Origin: an uncultured virus (IMG/VR IMGVR_UViG_3300031992_001727)
Taxonomy: Duplodnaviria; Heunggongvirae; Uroviricota; Caudoviricetes
IMG/VR virus record: IMGVR_UViG_3300031992_001727
Direction: 5' to 3' (one strand)
DNA: 64,000 nt
Shown here: one piece after another, positions 27,200 through 37,705 of the stretch
How positions within the stretch are numbered: the first letter of the stretch is position 1
Layout of the letters: the number at the start of each line of letters is the position of its first letter
Program-made: the position numbers and the translations under genes
The notes under the pieces: generated by a model
Databases searched by the model: none
Seen by the model: only the letters and a program-made list of their open reading frames with translations
What the model was told of the DNA's origin: nothing

Positions 27200-27393
27200 G
27201 GGAGCCTTGTCACGTTGGTTCCGAGGATTCCTCGGCATGATGCCGTGACGTTCACTCCTTCCGCTCTGAGACGGTAGCACGTCTGACGGATTACATCGTA
27301 TCTGAAATCCTTTTCTGGGATATGTATCGTGTCTCCCGGCCTCATCTGGCGCAGCGTGGCGGCCAGTGACTTTTTTTTGACGTAAATTGTCAT
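27196..27393 (-). CDS. Small Cro-position DNA-binding protein
   Basis: SLAATLRQMRPGDTIHI...VTRL; first gene of leftward operon. Confidence 0.6.
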   Translation of the reverse strand: MTIYVKKKSLAATLRQMRPGDTIHIPEKDFRYDVIRQTCYRLRAEGVNVTASCRGILGTNVTRLP

Positions 27394-27421
27394 TTTTCTT
27401 GGTTTTCTTAATAAATAATGT

Positions 27422-27492
27422 TATCTTTGCAGTCCGGCTAAAATCGTCAACATAGTTACGACGGGTCGTTGACCGAACTCGACTGCAAAGAT
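27422..27492. promoter_or_regulatory. Face-to-face promoters of the lysis/lysogeny switch
   Basis: TATCTTTGCAG on + (27422) and on - (CTGCAAAGATA, about 27483-27493) between divergent cro-like and repressor genes. Confidence 0.65.
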
Positions 27493-27590
27493 AGTCTATT
27501 TAGATGACATAAGTGTTAATTCAGTGTTAATATTATGTTAATAATTATAAACAATAGGTCTAATTAGACCAAATTTAAGTGCAAACCATT

Positions 27591-28001
27591 ATGATTCAGA
27601 GAATTAAAGAGATTATTGATTTTTACCGATTGAGTGGGCAGAAATTTGCCGTCAAAATCGGGATTTCGCCAAACACCCTAAACAACTATCTCCAAGGGAA
27701 AAATAAGATTTCTTTGGCTTTTATAGAGGCCATTTTAAAGGCTTTTCCCGAGGTTTCTGCCGAGTGGCTGATGAGGGACAAAGGGCAGATGATTCAAGGC
27801 GATCAGCCCACAATTATGGGCGATAACAGCGGAGTGGTGGCCGGCCACATCGAGGGCAAGGCCATCACCCAGAGCGGTGAACTGCACAAGGCTATCTCGG
27901 CCATCGTTGAGGCTCACGCAGAGCAGTACAAACAGATGCAGGCAGAGATAGTGTCGCTGCATCAGATTATTAACAATTTAATAGGAAATATGCAGAAATG
28001 A
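27591..28001 (+). CDS. XRE-family HTH phage repressor
   Basis: RIKEII.....SGQKFAVKIGISPNTLNNYL...VSAEWLMR.KG.M. Confidence 0.85.
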   Translation: MIQRIKEIIDFYRLSGQKFAVKIGISPNTLNNYLQGKNKISLAFIEAILKAFPEVSAEWLMRDKGQMIQGDQPTIMGDNSGVVAGHIEGKAITQSGELHKAISAIVEAHAEQYKQMQAEIVSLHQIINNLIGNMQK

Positions 28002-28558
28002 GAAGACTTGTATTTATTTTTGTTGCTTGTATGTTGATGTTGTCTGTATGTTGCACTGGAAATAAGGCATCGGTAGGAGATACGGCGAAAGACTCGTCTA
28101 AGATTGTGATTGACAGCATTTCGTTTTTCGGTGTCCACATTGGCGACAGCTTGATGCCTACCATTGAAAGGCTTGCGGAGATTCGTCTGCTGAAAGATTG
28201 GGATCATGACGATGCTGATACCTACCCAGTTGATTTCGGAGGTAAAAGGTGGGGCCGCGCATTTTTCTCTTTTGAGCGTGATGTTCTGTATAGCGTGAGG
28301 TTTATGGCTAATGCAGACACGAAACGTGATGCTGATTCTATATTCAACGAACTTAGTGGCGCGTTTGGGAAGAAGTATCCAATCTTTCTCCCTAAAAGCG
28401 ACAGCATCGGAGAATTGTCAATCACCTATGGTGTTGAAGACAAATATTGCATCTGGCTCATGACGATGCGAGACGGTGGGACCTGCACAATTTGGCTGGA
28501 ATATCAGAACAATGATTTATGGAGAAGGTTAATCGAGCAGTCCAAGAACGAGATTTAG
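27998..28558 (+). CDS. Lysogen-expressed lipoprotein (possible superinfection exclusion)
   Basis: Signal peptide with Cys lipobox; between repressor and integrase. Confidence 0.55.
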   Translation: MRRLVFIFVACMLMLSVCCTGNKASVGDTAKDSSKIVIDSISFFGVHIGDSLMPTIERLAEIRLLKDWDHDDADTYPVDFGGKRWGRAFFSFERDVLYSVRFMANADTKRDADSIFNELSGAFGKKYPIFLPKSDSIGELSITYGVEDKYCIWLMTMRDGGTCTIWLEYQNNDLWRRLIEQSKNEI

Positions 28559-28858
28559 CCGGGCTTCATCGTGATTTCAAATTGGCAAAGATTTTTTCAA
28601 ATGTGCCACTATTGTGATACCAACATTCTGAGCGTCACACCAAATTGGCATGGAAATCAGCGGTTTGCAGAGATTCAAAAAAAGTTAAGTTGTAACTTTG
28701 TGGCCTGATTTTACAAGCGTTTCAGTGACAGCCGATTGTGCGTAAATGATTGGCGCATAGATGTTATGATTAGTTGATAGTTTTACATTGTGTTACACCG
28801 AATTGCACGAAAATGCCAATTTGTGCTACCGATGTGATACCAAAAAAATGGTGATTTT

Positions 28859-30013
28859 ATGATTAAGACACCCACAGCAAGATTTGTGTTCGACCGTAAA
28901 CACGTTGCGACACGCAGCACGGCAAAAGGACGGAAGAAGGGGCTGGTGCAGATAGAGATCATGTATCAGCGCAAACGCAGGTATATTACCACTGGCATCA
29001 AGCTGTTCAAGGAGCAGTGGGCTCAAGACAAGGAGAACCATGTCGTTAATTCGGCATACGCTGATGAGTACAATGAATCGCTGCGGTTGCAGATGCAGTC
29101 GGTGCTTGGAGAAATTAACAGACAGGTAGAGTCTGGCTCGATAGATATAAAAGCGATAATGGAAACTAAGCATGACACAATGAGTATTGTCGAGCTGTCT
29201 GAACTTGTCGAGCAAGAAAGGCCGTCGCTTTCAGATGGAAGCAAAAAAATGTATTCTTCTGTCCGGAATGTCTTTGATGCTTTTGGCAAATTTAATGATG
29301 TCAGCCTTGTTGATGCCTCTCTTGTCGCTGAATTCGATTCATGGATGATTAAAGGCGGCATATCGGGAACAACTCGCAAAGTGCGTCTGTCGCATCTGCA
29401 TATGCTTTTGAAGTTCGCTGTAGCAAAGGGACTCATAGCGTCTGACCCGATGGCCGGATATAAGTTGCCTAAAGCAAAATCAAAGGAGATTGTCTACTTG
29501 ACCGATGAGGAACTTGAACGCATCGCACAAGTTGAGCTGCCCAGCAGGTTACTCATCACTAGAGACCTGTTCTTGTTCCAGTGCTACACTGGCATGGCTT
29601 GGGCGGACATCGCCACGCTGGATCGCTCAATGATTCAAACCCAAGGAGCCGATACGTTCATCAGTCGCTCAAGGGAGAAAACCCATGTGCATTACAGGAC
29701 AAAACTGCTCACCCCGGCTCTAGATGTGATGAAACGGCATAACATGAGCGTACCGATGCCTGAGAGTTATTCAAAGTACCACAAGCAGCTGCATAAGGTT
29801 ATCAAGCTTGCCGGAATAGACAAGAATGTGAACTCGCATGTTGGCAGACATACGTTCGCCACATGGGCATTGTCGCATGGTGTGCCAATCGAGATTGTCA
29901 GCAAGATGCTTGGTCACACGAAGATTGAGACCACACAGATTTATGCGAAGGTATTGGCGAAAGATGTTGAGGCTCAGTTTGACAAATTGGATGAGTTGTT
30001 TACTGAGAAATAA
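28859..30013 (+). CDS. int: Tyrosine integrase with Bacteroidetes arm-binding domain
   Basis: RDLFLFQCYTG, HVGRHTFAT, LGH....TQIYAK; N-terminal VFDRK...RRYITTGIK. Confidence 0.92.
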   Translation: MIKTPTARFVFDRKHVATRSTAKGRKKGLVQIEIMYQRKRRYITTGIKLFKEQWAQDKENHVVNSAYADEYNESLRLQMQSVLGEINRQVESGSIDIKAIMETKHDTMSIVELSELVEQERPSLSDGSKKMYSSVRNVFDAFGKFNDVSLVDASLVAEFDSWMIKGGISGTTRKVRLSHLHMLLKFAVAKGLIASDPMAGYKLPKAKSKEIVYLTDEELERIAQVELPSRLLITRDLFLFQCYTGMAWADIATLDRSMIQTQGADTFISRSREKTHVHYRTKLLTPALDVMKRHNMSVPMPESYSKYHKQLHKVIKLAGIDKNVNSHVGRHTFATWALSHGVPIEIVSKMLGHTKIETTQIYAKVLAKDVEAQFDKLDELFTEK

Positions 30014-30151
30014 AAAAGCACCGACGTCTCACGACGGCGATGCTCGCAACTTTTTAATTTAAATACACCTCACAGGTGTGAGGTTTGCGCAAAGGTAATA
30101 ATAACCTTTTGTTTGGCAAAATTTCTTTAGATTGTTTAACTTTAGACTTAA

Positions 30152-30255
30152 TTTTTGGCTGTTTTCGGCTCGTTTGAGGCCGCAAAATTGCCCGATTGAT
30201 AAGTAACTCAATCGGGCAATGAAAGTCGCTAAAATCGGCTTATTTTAGGCCGTTT
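30152..30255. promoter_or_regulatory. Long imperfect palindrome (ssDNA promoter/ssi-like)
   Basis: Perfect ATTGCCCGATTGA/TCAATCGGGCAAT stem at 30187-30220 with TAAAATCGGC-type flanks. Confidence 0.45.
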
Positions 30256-30804
30256 TTATGGGAATATCCGAGGAAGACCGTTGAGGATGATGCAGGGCTT
30301 GCCGTTATGCAGCCATCGGCAGTTCTCGATGCCTTCCGGCTCTGTTGGAACATATCCTTGCCAGTCATCAGGCACGAAGAACTCGCCACCGAGCTCGATA
30401 GCAACCGATGATGCGTAGTCGCTGATAAACCAGTGCATTGTAAACTCGTCACCACCGATACTGAAATTTTCGGATTTCACGATGATGATGGGCACCTCTT
30501 CGTCAAAGCCCATCATATACTCACCCTGTTCTTTGATGCTGTCTTCATCACCGAACATTCCATCGTAGACACTTGCCTCTACCTCTCTGCCAGCATCGCT
30601 GAGACAGAGTGTGTCACCGTTCCAAAATGCATGACTCAGTTCGTCGCCTAATAGTGTGTTTGTTTCTAGCGGCTTGCGCTTTTCAGCATTGATTGCGCCG
30701 ACTACTGCAATCCCGCCGTATGGGAAATTCCCCTCGGCTGCTGGGGCTGACCAGCGGATGGTCTTGCCCTGGAGGCTGTTGATGTTTGATTTTGTGATTC
30801 TCAT
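30256..30804 (-). CDS. Hypothetical protein
   Basis: 182-aa ORF in early operon. Confidence 0.55.
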   Translation of the reverse strand: MRITKSNINSLQGKTIRWSAPAAEGNFPYGGIAVVGAINAEKRKPLETNTLLGDELSHAFWNGDTLCLSDAGREVEASVYDGMFGDEDSIKEQGEYMMGFDEEVPIIIVKSENFSIGGDEFTMHWFISDYASSVAIELGGEFFVPDDWQGYVPTEPEGIENCRWLHNGKPCIILNGLPRIFP

Positions 30805-31325
30805 GATGCTTTGTTTTATCGGATTTCACGTTTCGCCCAATCGAGCAACAAGGTTGCTGCTCGGGCTATTAATTGCGGGGTATCTTCCTTCGTTGCGAAG
30901 TTTTCAACAACGGACTTTGCCCATTCGCGCCGTTCCTTCTCACTATTGCATTGCTTGTTCAGAATATTTCTAAGCCATGCTCTGTCTACTGGCTGGTTGG
31001 CTTCCCATGCCTCGTTAGCGAGGCTGAATGATGAATGTTTCATATGTTGTTTGGTTTTTGGGTTATTAATTGTTGTATTTATTGAAACACTGAGCCCATA
31101 TTTGTGCATCAGTGTATAGTCCTTCTGGAGTGTCCATATATGCTTTCATGAATCTTCGCTCCATCACACCACGAACAGCGGCGAAGACTCTATGGTTCAT
31201 GCCTTCTGGGCATCTAGCGTAGCGGTCTTTTGCGAGTACTTTGTATGCTTTCTCTTTCATGTGTTGTTTGGTTTTTGGTTTGTGCAAAGGTAACTCATTG
31301 TTTTGTTAACCGATGCAAATTAAAC

Positions 31326-31799
31326 TTAATTATTATTTTCGCAGTGAATGATTGTCGCTGCTAACATGACTAGTACGTCTGTATCCAGCATTTCAACTGG
31401 GGCATGTTCCGGTTCAGATTCCTCGTCTCTATATTCCACTCCAGTGTTATAGAACGAGTAATACCACAACCGCTCTTCTCCATCACGCTCGACGATATAG
31501 AGCGCATAGACAGCTTGGGTCGTGAATACATCACCCAGCGAGTCTTCTTTGTCCGGGTTGCAGACGCTCTGTGTGGTGATTTGGCATCCAGCCCAGTTGT
31601 AGAAGTCTAGGATCTTGGTGATGCGCTCGCCTTCGTCCTCGAATATGTCCATATTGTCTTCCCATGTATTGCGTTCTTCTCCGTCGCTGTCGATGTATGC
31701 CCCATCTTTGTGGTAGTCCTGGCCATTTTGGCGTACATACTCGGTGAGTGCCGATATGAGTATGTCGGCACTGATGTCTAATGCTTTTTGTAGTTTCAT
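31326..31799 (-). CDS. Hypothetical acidic protein
   Basis: 157-aa D/E-rich ORF. Confidence 0.55.
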   Translation of the reverse strand: MKLQKALDISADILISALTEYVRQNGQDYHKDGAYIDSDGEERNTWEDNMDIFEDEGERITKILDFYNWAGCQITTQSVCNPDKEDSLGDVFTTQAVYALYIVERDGEERLWYYSFYNTGVEYRDEESEPEHAPVEMLDTDVLVMLAATIIHCENNN

Positions 31800-32125
31800 A
31801 GTTTTTCTAGTTGAACGATTAATGATGATACATTCTGAGATTTCACAAACGAGGGATAGATTCCTTTCTTCATGTAGAATACGACAATAAGCTTCTTCAA
31901 GTCTTCATCGTCGCACCAGTTGTCGCATCTAAAGACTATATTTTTAGTATCTTCTATGCTGATGGTAATCTCTAACGGTTTCGCTTTGTAAAAACCAAGA
32001 TAGTGCGGTATGTCCGGGTATCTAGCGCGAATTGTCTCTGAATGCCATAACCAGCTTCCGTTGAAAATTTCATCGGCAAGTTCATCAAGATACATCGCAT
32101 CTTTGGTGTAGATTTTCTTTTCCAT
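31796..32125 (-). CDS. Hypothetical protein
   Basis: 109-aa ORF. Confidence 0.5.
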   Translation of the reverse strand: MEKKIYTKDAMYLDELADEIFNGSWLWHSETIRARYPDIPHYLGFYKAKPLEITISIEDTKNIVFRCDNWCDDEDLKKLIVVFYMKKGIYPSFVKSQNVSSLIVQLEKL

Positions 32126-32164
32126 AGTTAATGCCCGTATTGCCGATAGCGCAGCAGTTAGTTG

Positions 32165-32482
32165 TTACTTAATATCCTTAACTTTCTTGTTGTTGAAGTG
32201 CAGGTCTCGTTCGATACCTAACCAAAATGGGCCTCGGTACGACTGGAGCTGGCTGAGCATGAAATATCCGTATTCACGCTCTAATATGTCTACAATGCCG
32301 AAAAACTCCCAGTCTCCATCTGGTCGCCGTTCGCCCTCAAGCACATACCATGTGCCCGCACCGCTGGGATTGAAAAACTTGCAGATTATGTCTGCATCAT
32401 CGCCTCGCCCATCTTGCGAATAAAGCGGGTATTTGGCCAGTTTTGCCTCGATTTGTTTAGTCAGTAGTTTCATAATCTCCAA
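32165..32482 (-). CDS. DUF2958-like protein
   Basis: LYSQDG...KFFNP.G.GTWY..E...E.GYF.L..L...IERDLHF. Confidence 0.8.
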   Translation of the reverse strand: MEIMKLLTKQIEAKLAKYPLYSQDGRGDDADIICKFFNPSGAGTWYVLEGERRPDGDWEFFGIVDILEREYGYFMLSQLQSYRGPFWLGIERDLHFNNKKVKDIK

Positions 32483-32710
32483 TTCTTTTTCATATATCTA
32501 GCCACGAATGCGTGCGCTTGGTCTGCCAGCGGGTCGCTGCCCTCGCACACGGTCTCAACCGTGGCATAGTTTTGCCTAAAATAATGCTCTCGGTTATACC
32601 TGGTCACTTCGTCCTCGGCATCATACTTGCGGTCAAAGAATTTAACCCTCTCAGTCCACTGCTTGCCGATGCGCTCATGATAGGTAACTTTGAATCTGTA
32701 AGTGTACATA

Positions 32711-33553
32711 TTACTTGAATTGTTCAAAATATTGTTTCACTTCCTCGGGTGCGTCACCGATGCTCAGGATATATCGGGCAGTCATGTCAACAGATGAGTG
32801 CCCCATGTATCTCGACACCATGAAGATGTCATGGCATCGCAAGTAAAGGTTTGTGGCGAAACTGCGCCGTGCCGTATGGCTCGATACGAATTGCCACTTC
32901 TCGCCCTCTTTCGTCTCACCGCCGTTGTGGACTTGCACCTGCTGTGTTATCCCGCAATCTTTGCAGATGCGTTTCAACACACGGTTGAAAGTCATTGCGC
33001 TCAATGTGCGAGTAAACTCGCCCTCACGCAAGATGCGCTCAACAGCCGGAGAATACGGAATTTCGCTCCGTATTCCCGTTTTCTTGCTGATGTAGACCAG
33101 ATGCCCACCGACAATGTTTTGCGGTGTAAAACGCGTGTAATCGCTCCATCGGGCCCCGGTGAGACAGCCCAGCAAAAACTGGTCACGCACAAGCGCATCG
33201 TTCTGCGTATTCGGGTCGTAGGCCACAATGGTCTCAATGTCGGCATCGGTGAGCCATGTACTGACAACCGCCTCGCTTTTCAGAGCGAGTATTTTCTCGT
33301 ATCCGTTCGGGAAGTCGTAGCGGTCACGATACAGGTTCATCGCCGCACGGAACATTTTGGCATAGGTCTTGGCTGTGTTCTGTGCGAAAGTCGCTTGCAG
33401 ATGCTTGCAGAACGCGTCAAGCCCGGCCAGCGTGATGATGCCCCAGCTGCTGGTCTGCTCCCATCCTTTCGGGAGGTCGTTTGCCTCGCCGTATATATCG
33501 AGCAGCCGCTGTGCATACTGGGAATTGTGTTTGCTGAAATCTTCTAATATCAT
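32711..33553 (-). CDS. Second tyrosine recombinase lacking arm-binding domain
   Basis: RDQFLLGCLTGARWSD, KKT, HTARRSFATN, MGH.SV.MT.RY. Confidence 0.9.
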   Translation of the reverse strand: MILEDFSKHNSQYAQRLLDIYGEANDLPKGWEQTSSWGIITLAGLDAFCKHLQATFAQNTAKTYAKMFRAAMNLYRDRYDFPNGYEKILALKSEAVVSTWLTDADIETIVAYDPNTQNDALVRDQFLLGCLTGARWSDYTRFTPQNIVGGHLVYISKKTGIRSEIPYSPAVERILREGEFTRTLSAMTFNRVLKRICKDCGITQQVQVHNGGETKEGEKWQFVSSHTARRSFATNLYLRCHDIFMVSRYMGHSSVDMTARYILSIGDAPEEVKQYFEQFK

Positions 33554-33622
33554 ATCCCTAGAATTAGTCCGAGCATCACTCGGATGATTAAACATACGAT
33601 GATATAGAGGATGAAATCTCCC

Positions 33623-33865
33623 TTATTCCAATCCTCTTCCATTGATAAAATTTTTGCACAAGTCAATTTCGTATTCGTATGGGTGTTCCGTGTAAAGCGA
33701 AATTCCCGGCCAATCATCAATGCTGTCATCTTTGTCCAGCACGATTGTACCTTTGTCCCATGCTTCAAGCACAAGTTCCCTAGCCTTGTCGTATGTTTCT
33801 GCTTCGACAGCCACCAGGCGGTTCAGTGTCTCTTGCACTGATACAATGAATTTCTTTTTCTTCAT
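33623..33865 (-). CDS. DpnD/PcfM-like protein
   Basis: F.V.VQETL.R.V.VEAE...A...V...W....IVLD.DD. Confidence 0.7.
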   Translation of the reverse strand: MKKKKFIVSVQETLNRLVAVEAETYDKARELVLEAWDKGTIVLDKDDSIDDWPGISLYTEHPYEYEIDLCKNFINGRGLE

Positions 33866-33962
33866 AGTCGTTTGGTTTTAGTTAAACAAGTGAATTATAT
33901 TTGCTCCCATGCTGGCTCTCGCTGCCAGATGCGCGGCGCAACCGCTCACATGGGATTTGCCG

Positions 33963-34751
33963 TTATTCGTACACTATGCAGTTTTCGTCTCCATCATCGG
34001 GCCCTAACTTCGGCATCTGAAGGAATATGTTACCATCGGCATCGGATAACTGAATTGGGCCGTTGTTCTTGCGTGATAGAAATACCACTGGAATATGGTA
34101 TTTCAACCAGTATGCAAGGTATTCAGCCGCATCTTGTCCGAAATACTTACCGCCAATCTTGACAAACGGCATCAACTCTCGCTTGGCATCGGCCTTCATC
34201 TGTTTGGCCGTTACAGCGAACCAGCTTGCGTCATGCTCTAGCGTGAACGGCTCGGAATATTCGTCATCCTTTACTAGAACTGACTTAAAGTCAGGATAGC
34301 GGTATTCTACCGTTGATGGCTGCATGTCGTCGTTGGCACATTTGTCCTCAAGTTCGGCAGGATAGTCGAATTTCTCCATGATTAGGTGATGCGAGTCGGT
34401 CGCCTTCACGAACCCGCCGGAGAAGTGGCATAGCATGAATTGCGGATGCAGCTTGTCATTTCCGCAGAACTTCCATGGGTTGAAAGCTGCATTCAGTCGC
34501 TTGCGTTTGGCCTTGGCTTTTTCGGCATCAAGCTGCTCATTCAGTCGCTGAATGGCATTGGTAAGATAGCCGATGCTGACACCCTTGATGAATATGCGCA
34601 GTTCTTCGCTGTTCTCAAAATCCTGCTTTAACTTGATTTTCTCGCATTCTGCCGTATAGTACGGCCGTCTGTCGTTCTCGTTGACCCACCACGTCATGCC
34701 GGTGTTCTTCTCTAGCAATGTGCATAGGTCTAGTCGTTCTTTACTTGTCAT
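33963..34751 (-). CDS. Hypothetical protein with DNA sliding-clamp (beta)-like domain
   Basis: VKATDSHHL...YRYPDFKSVL...LQMP resembles DnaN central/C-terminal motifs. Confidence 0.45.
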   Translation of the reverse strand: MTSKERLDLCTLLEKNTGMTWWVNENDRRPYYTAECEKIKLKQDFENSEELRIFIKGVSIGYLTNAIQRLNEQLDAEKAKAKRKRLNAAFNPWKFCGNDKLHPQFMLCHFSGGFVKATDSHHLIMEKFDYPAELEDKCANDDMQPSTVEYRYPDFKSVLVKDDEYSEPFTLEHDASWFAVTAKQMKADAKRELMPFVKIGGKYFGQDAAEYLAYWLKYHIPVVFLSRKNNGPIQLSDADGNIFLQMPKLGPDDGDENCIVYE

Positions 34752-34932
34752 TGCTTTTCAAATATAAGTTTATACAATTCTTTTTCGTGTTCCATAGTAA
34801 AACACGGTTCGTTATCTTTATCGGCTGGTTCTACAACACCAAATGGTATTGCACCGCGCATCGCACACTCAGCTAATTCCTTAATATGGAATGCAGCAGA
34901 GCGATATTGGTTGCTTCTTATTTGCCACATGC

Positions 34933-35244
34933 TCATTCGCGATAAAATGTTGATAATCCATTTTTCGGGTCAGTCAGATGCTCATATGCCTCTTCTTTGC
35001 TGTATTCAGCAGCAAGGCCCTTAGCGCGGCCATAGCATAAGTCATAACCTGCACCCAAATCCCAAAAATACTGGTCAAGCCACTCGGCTCCATCTTTTGT
35101 CAGCTTATGCACGTCACCCGCTAACTCATCGGGATCGTCCGCAGATGCCCAATAATCGGGAACAAACATCGAATCTTCTGCATCTGGGTCGTCACCATAG
35201 TAGGCAGATGTTCGCCCGATGAACCCATACTTAGTTTCTTCCAT
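34933..35244 (-). CDS. Hypothetical acidic protein
   Basis: ORF from MEETKYG with A-rich leader. Confidence 0.5.
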   Translation of the reverse strand: MEETKYGFIGRTSAYYGDDPDAEDSMFVPDYWASADDPDELAGDVHKLTKDGAEWLDQYFWDLGAGYDLCYGRAKGLAAEYSKEEAYEHLTDPKNGLSTFYRE

Positions 35245-35332
35245 ATTTCTATTATTTATTTGTTTTGTGGCAATATTGCCGTATTGCACCCAGCGGCGGA
35301 ATCGAACCACCGCTAGCACCATGCTGGGTTAA

Positions 35333-35623
35333 TTACTCACCGCGTTTCCAGTCAGTGAGTTTTACATCGTCATACTGGGCTTGCACGTTGCTCAGATAGT
35401 CTAGCCGGAAATGCTGACCGCCTTTTGTATAGACAGCGCGTAACGCATTGTCGTAGTGACACCATGCATAGCCGTTATGCTCGCTGTGCCACTCGTTGTT
35501 AATCCACTTGCCACAACCGAACCAAACTCGGTGCGGCATTACCTTCTCGCTGTTGTACATGAAGTACAGCCCGCTGATGCGCAGCGGTTTGAGTCGCGCA
35601 ATTACTTCTCTTGGTGTATCCAT
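35333..35623 (-). CDS. Hypothetical protein
   Basis: ORF from MDTPRE directly after ardA. Confidence 0.5.
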   Translation of the reverse strand: MDTPREVIARLKPLRISGLYFMYNSEKVMPHRVWFGCGKWINNEWHSEHNGYAWCHYDNALRAVYTKGGQHFRLDYLSNVQAQYDDVKLTDWKRGE

Positions 35624-35624
35624 A

Positions 35625-36197
35625 TCAAATCTGTTTAAATGCGTAGTTGCTAGAGAAGTCGAAGCATTCTTGCTGTAGGTCATAGAATACATCATTATAG
35701 TCGATGTTGCCTAAGATGATACTTGGTATTGGCTCTGGCAAATCGGGCAAAACTTCATTTTCTATATAATCCACAGCAAAGTCATGCTGGTTATAGAATC
35801 TACCATAGTATCTCTCCTCGAAATCCTCAATGCTTCCATCTTCGTCGATTTCGCTTAAAAACTCACAGAATGCGTCCTTTTTATCGCCATCCATATCGTC
35901 ATACTCGCGAATCTTGTTGAATGTATCCTCATCCATAAATCCCTCGTTGTACCATACATCGGGGAAATTCTCAAAGTCCTGGAACATCAGTTCGGGGTCA
36001 GCCTCATCGTGGTGCAATTCACGGCATGCATCGATAAACTCGTCGTAGTCATAGAATTTTGTCAAATCAAACCACGCTCCATAGATGCTTCCGCTTGCAT
36101 ACTTTGCATAAGTGCCCACATACACGGCTGGGCTGCCGCTGTTGCGGTTGCAGCCGTATTCGGCTTCCAACTCTTGTTTTGTTCTGAAATCTTCCAT
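35625..36197 (-). CDS. ardA: Antirestriction protein ArdA
   Basis: PAVYVGTYAKY..GSI.G.W.DL..F.DYDEF...C.ELH.DEADPELMFQDFENFP; highly acidic. Confidence 0.88.
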   Translation of the reverse strand: MEDFRTKQELEAEYGCNRNSGSPAVYVGTYAKYASGSIYGAWFDLTKFYDYDEFIDACRELHHDEADPELMFQDFENFPDVWYNEGFMDEDTFNKIREYDDMDGDKKDAFCEFLSEIDEDGSIEDFEERYYGRFYNQHDFAVDYIENEVLPDLPEPIPSIILGNIDYNDVFYDLQQECFDFSSNYAFKQI

Positions 36198-36290
36198 ACT
36201 TTTGTTAATTTTTATGTTCTGCATTGTTGCATTGTTCCCCAGCCGTGGCTCGCCCACGGATGCCCGGTCTGCGGTCACTGGGGATGGAGT

Positions 36291-36506
36291 TTAGTCGTTC
36301 ACGTTAGGATAGCAGTCGCATGCCCTAGCAACTAGCTTTTTGCGGTTCGCCGCATCTAGTTGTGCATAGAACATTAACTCGTTGCATCCTGAGGCTACCC
36401 ACTTGTTAAACAAGTGCTCGCCAATGCCGTCGCCAAACACTTGTCTTGCTTCTTCCATGCTCCAACGGTTGAACATATAGAGCATAAATTTTGTTACTTG
36501 GTTCAT
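36291..36506 (-). CDS. Hypothetical protein
   Basis: 71-aa ORF, FMLYMFNRWS. Confidence 0.55.
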   Translation of the reverse strand: MNQVTKFMLYMFNRWSMEEARQVFGDGIGEHLFNKWVASGCNELMFYAQLDAANRKKLVARACDCYPNVND

Positions 36507-37705
36507 AATCCGAATGCTTTTTCAATTTGTTCCTGTTTCTTCTTGCTGAATATCCAGCCCGCGCCGCAGCTCAATTTTGGGTTGAACCGACCGCCAAGGG
36601 CTTTTAGCTTATCCTTGAAATCTTTGGTATCGCCAATCACCGCAATAGCCTTATCGGAATACACGATGATTTTGATTTTAGGTGCATCGGCACGTTTTAC
36701 CTGCATCGGCTTTGCCGCCTTTGCTGGCTGTTGTTTCGGCAACACCCAACGAGGTTTACCGCTCAATGCCGACTTTTTGTCGTCACCTTTGCGGATTTTG
36801 TACTGGCCGTTGCCGATCCAATACACTTCCCAAAAACTCGGTGTGCAGCTGTAACTGTCGTTCTCACGGTCATACTCGTAGTGGAACAGCATAATCTGAT
36901 CCCCACGTTTTGGCTCATATTGCTCAACCCGAACAACCCCGTTGGGCAATCCTTGCGCAATCAGCGCATCTTTCGCCTGGAGTTTTAGTTGCGTGTGATG
37001 CTCAACCGATTTTTGATGCTCTGCGGTCTCACGGTCACGCCGCGCTTTATATGCAGCACGCGCTGCATCAGCCTCGGCTTTGCGTTTCTGAGCATCGTCC
37101 CATGTTATGCCGCTTATTGCCTCAAATAACGCTGGTATGTTTTTCTCATACACAGCATTTATTTCAAACTCCTCGACAACGTACACGATGCCGAAAAGCG
37201 AAGCGTGATACACACTCCCGCAGCCAAAGTAAAGATCTTGGCTGACTGAGCGCATGTGCTCAGTGAACTCGGTCTCGGCCAGCTTGAATTGCTCAGCGGT
37301 ATCAACCCGTTTGGTTCGCTGAATCGTGAAAGAGCGCGAGTCGATCGCTGCATGCCAGCGGCACACAGAATAGCAATCGTCAAACAAATCTTTAAGCATC
37401 TGCTTTTTGTCGCAGTCAACTGCTGAGTATCGAATGCCGATGCTCTTGTTCTTGTTCTGCACTAGGTTCACATAGGAACCGATGCGGTTCGTGCTGGTCT
37501 CGGGGAAAATGCCGTGGATCGTGATTTGCGTGTTGTATTTGAACACGTCAAACCGCCCGCCAACAAGATGCTCAATTGCCTCTAGGCTGCAACCAGCCTC
37601 AATGGCATCGAGCATTTCCTGCGGCACAGCACGCTGGCATGTATTCAGCCGGTGCCTTGCGTCGCGCCGACCGCTCATGCTGAAAAGTTCTTTAATCTTT
37701 TCCAT
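36503..37705 (-). CDS. Hypothetical protein with C-terminal putative ssDNA-binding domain
   Basis: YSDKAIAVIGDTK..KD.LK.LGGRFN..L..GAGWIFSK. Confidence 0.6.
   Translation of the reverse strand: MEKIKELFSMSGRRDARHRLNTCQRAVPQEMLDAIEAGCSLEAIEHLVGGRFDVFKYNTQITIHGIFPETSTNRIGSYVNLVQNKNKSIGIRYSAVDCDKKQMLKDLFDDCYSVCRWHAAIDSRSFTIQRTKRVDTAEQFKLAETEFTEHMRSVSQDLYFGCGSVYHASLFGIVYVVEEFEINAVYEKNIPALFEAISGITWDDAQKRKAEADAARAAYKARRDRETAEHQKSVEHHTQLKLQAKDALIAQGLPNGVVRVEQYEPKRGDQIMLFHYEYDRENDSYSCTPSFWEVYWIGNGQYKIRKGDDKKSALSGKPRWVLPKQQPAKAAKPMQVKRADAPKIKIIVYSDKAIAVIGDTKDFKDKLKALGGRFNPKLSCGAGWIFSKKKQEQIEKAFGL

Noticed and set aside
28559..28858. attP site upstream of integrase
   Set aside because: Position is plausible but no core or duplicated att sequence can be identified from this window alone
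32129..32158. Intergenic GCTGCGCTATCGGCAATACGGGCA motif on minus strand
   Set aside because: Looks like a small structured RNA motif but is single-copy here and cannot be assigned without an Rfam search
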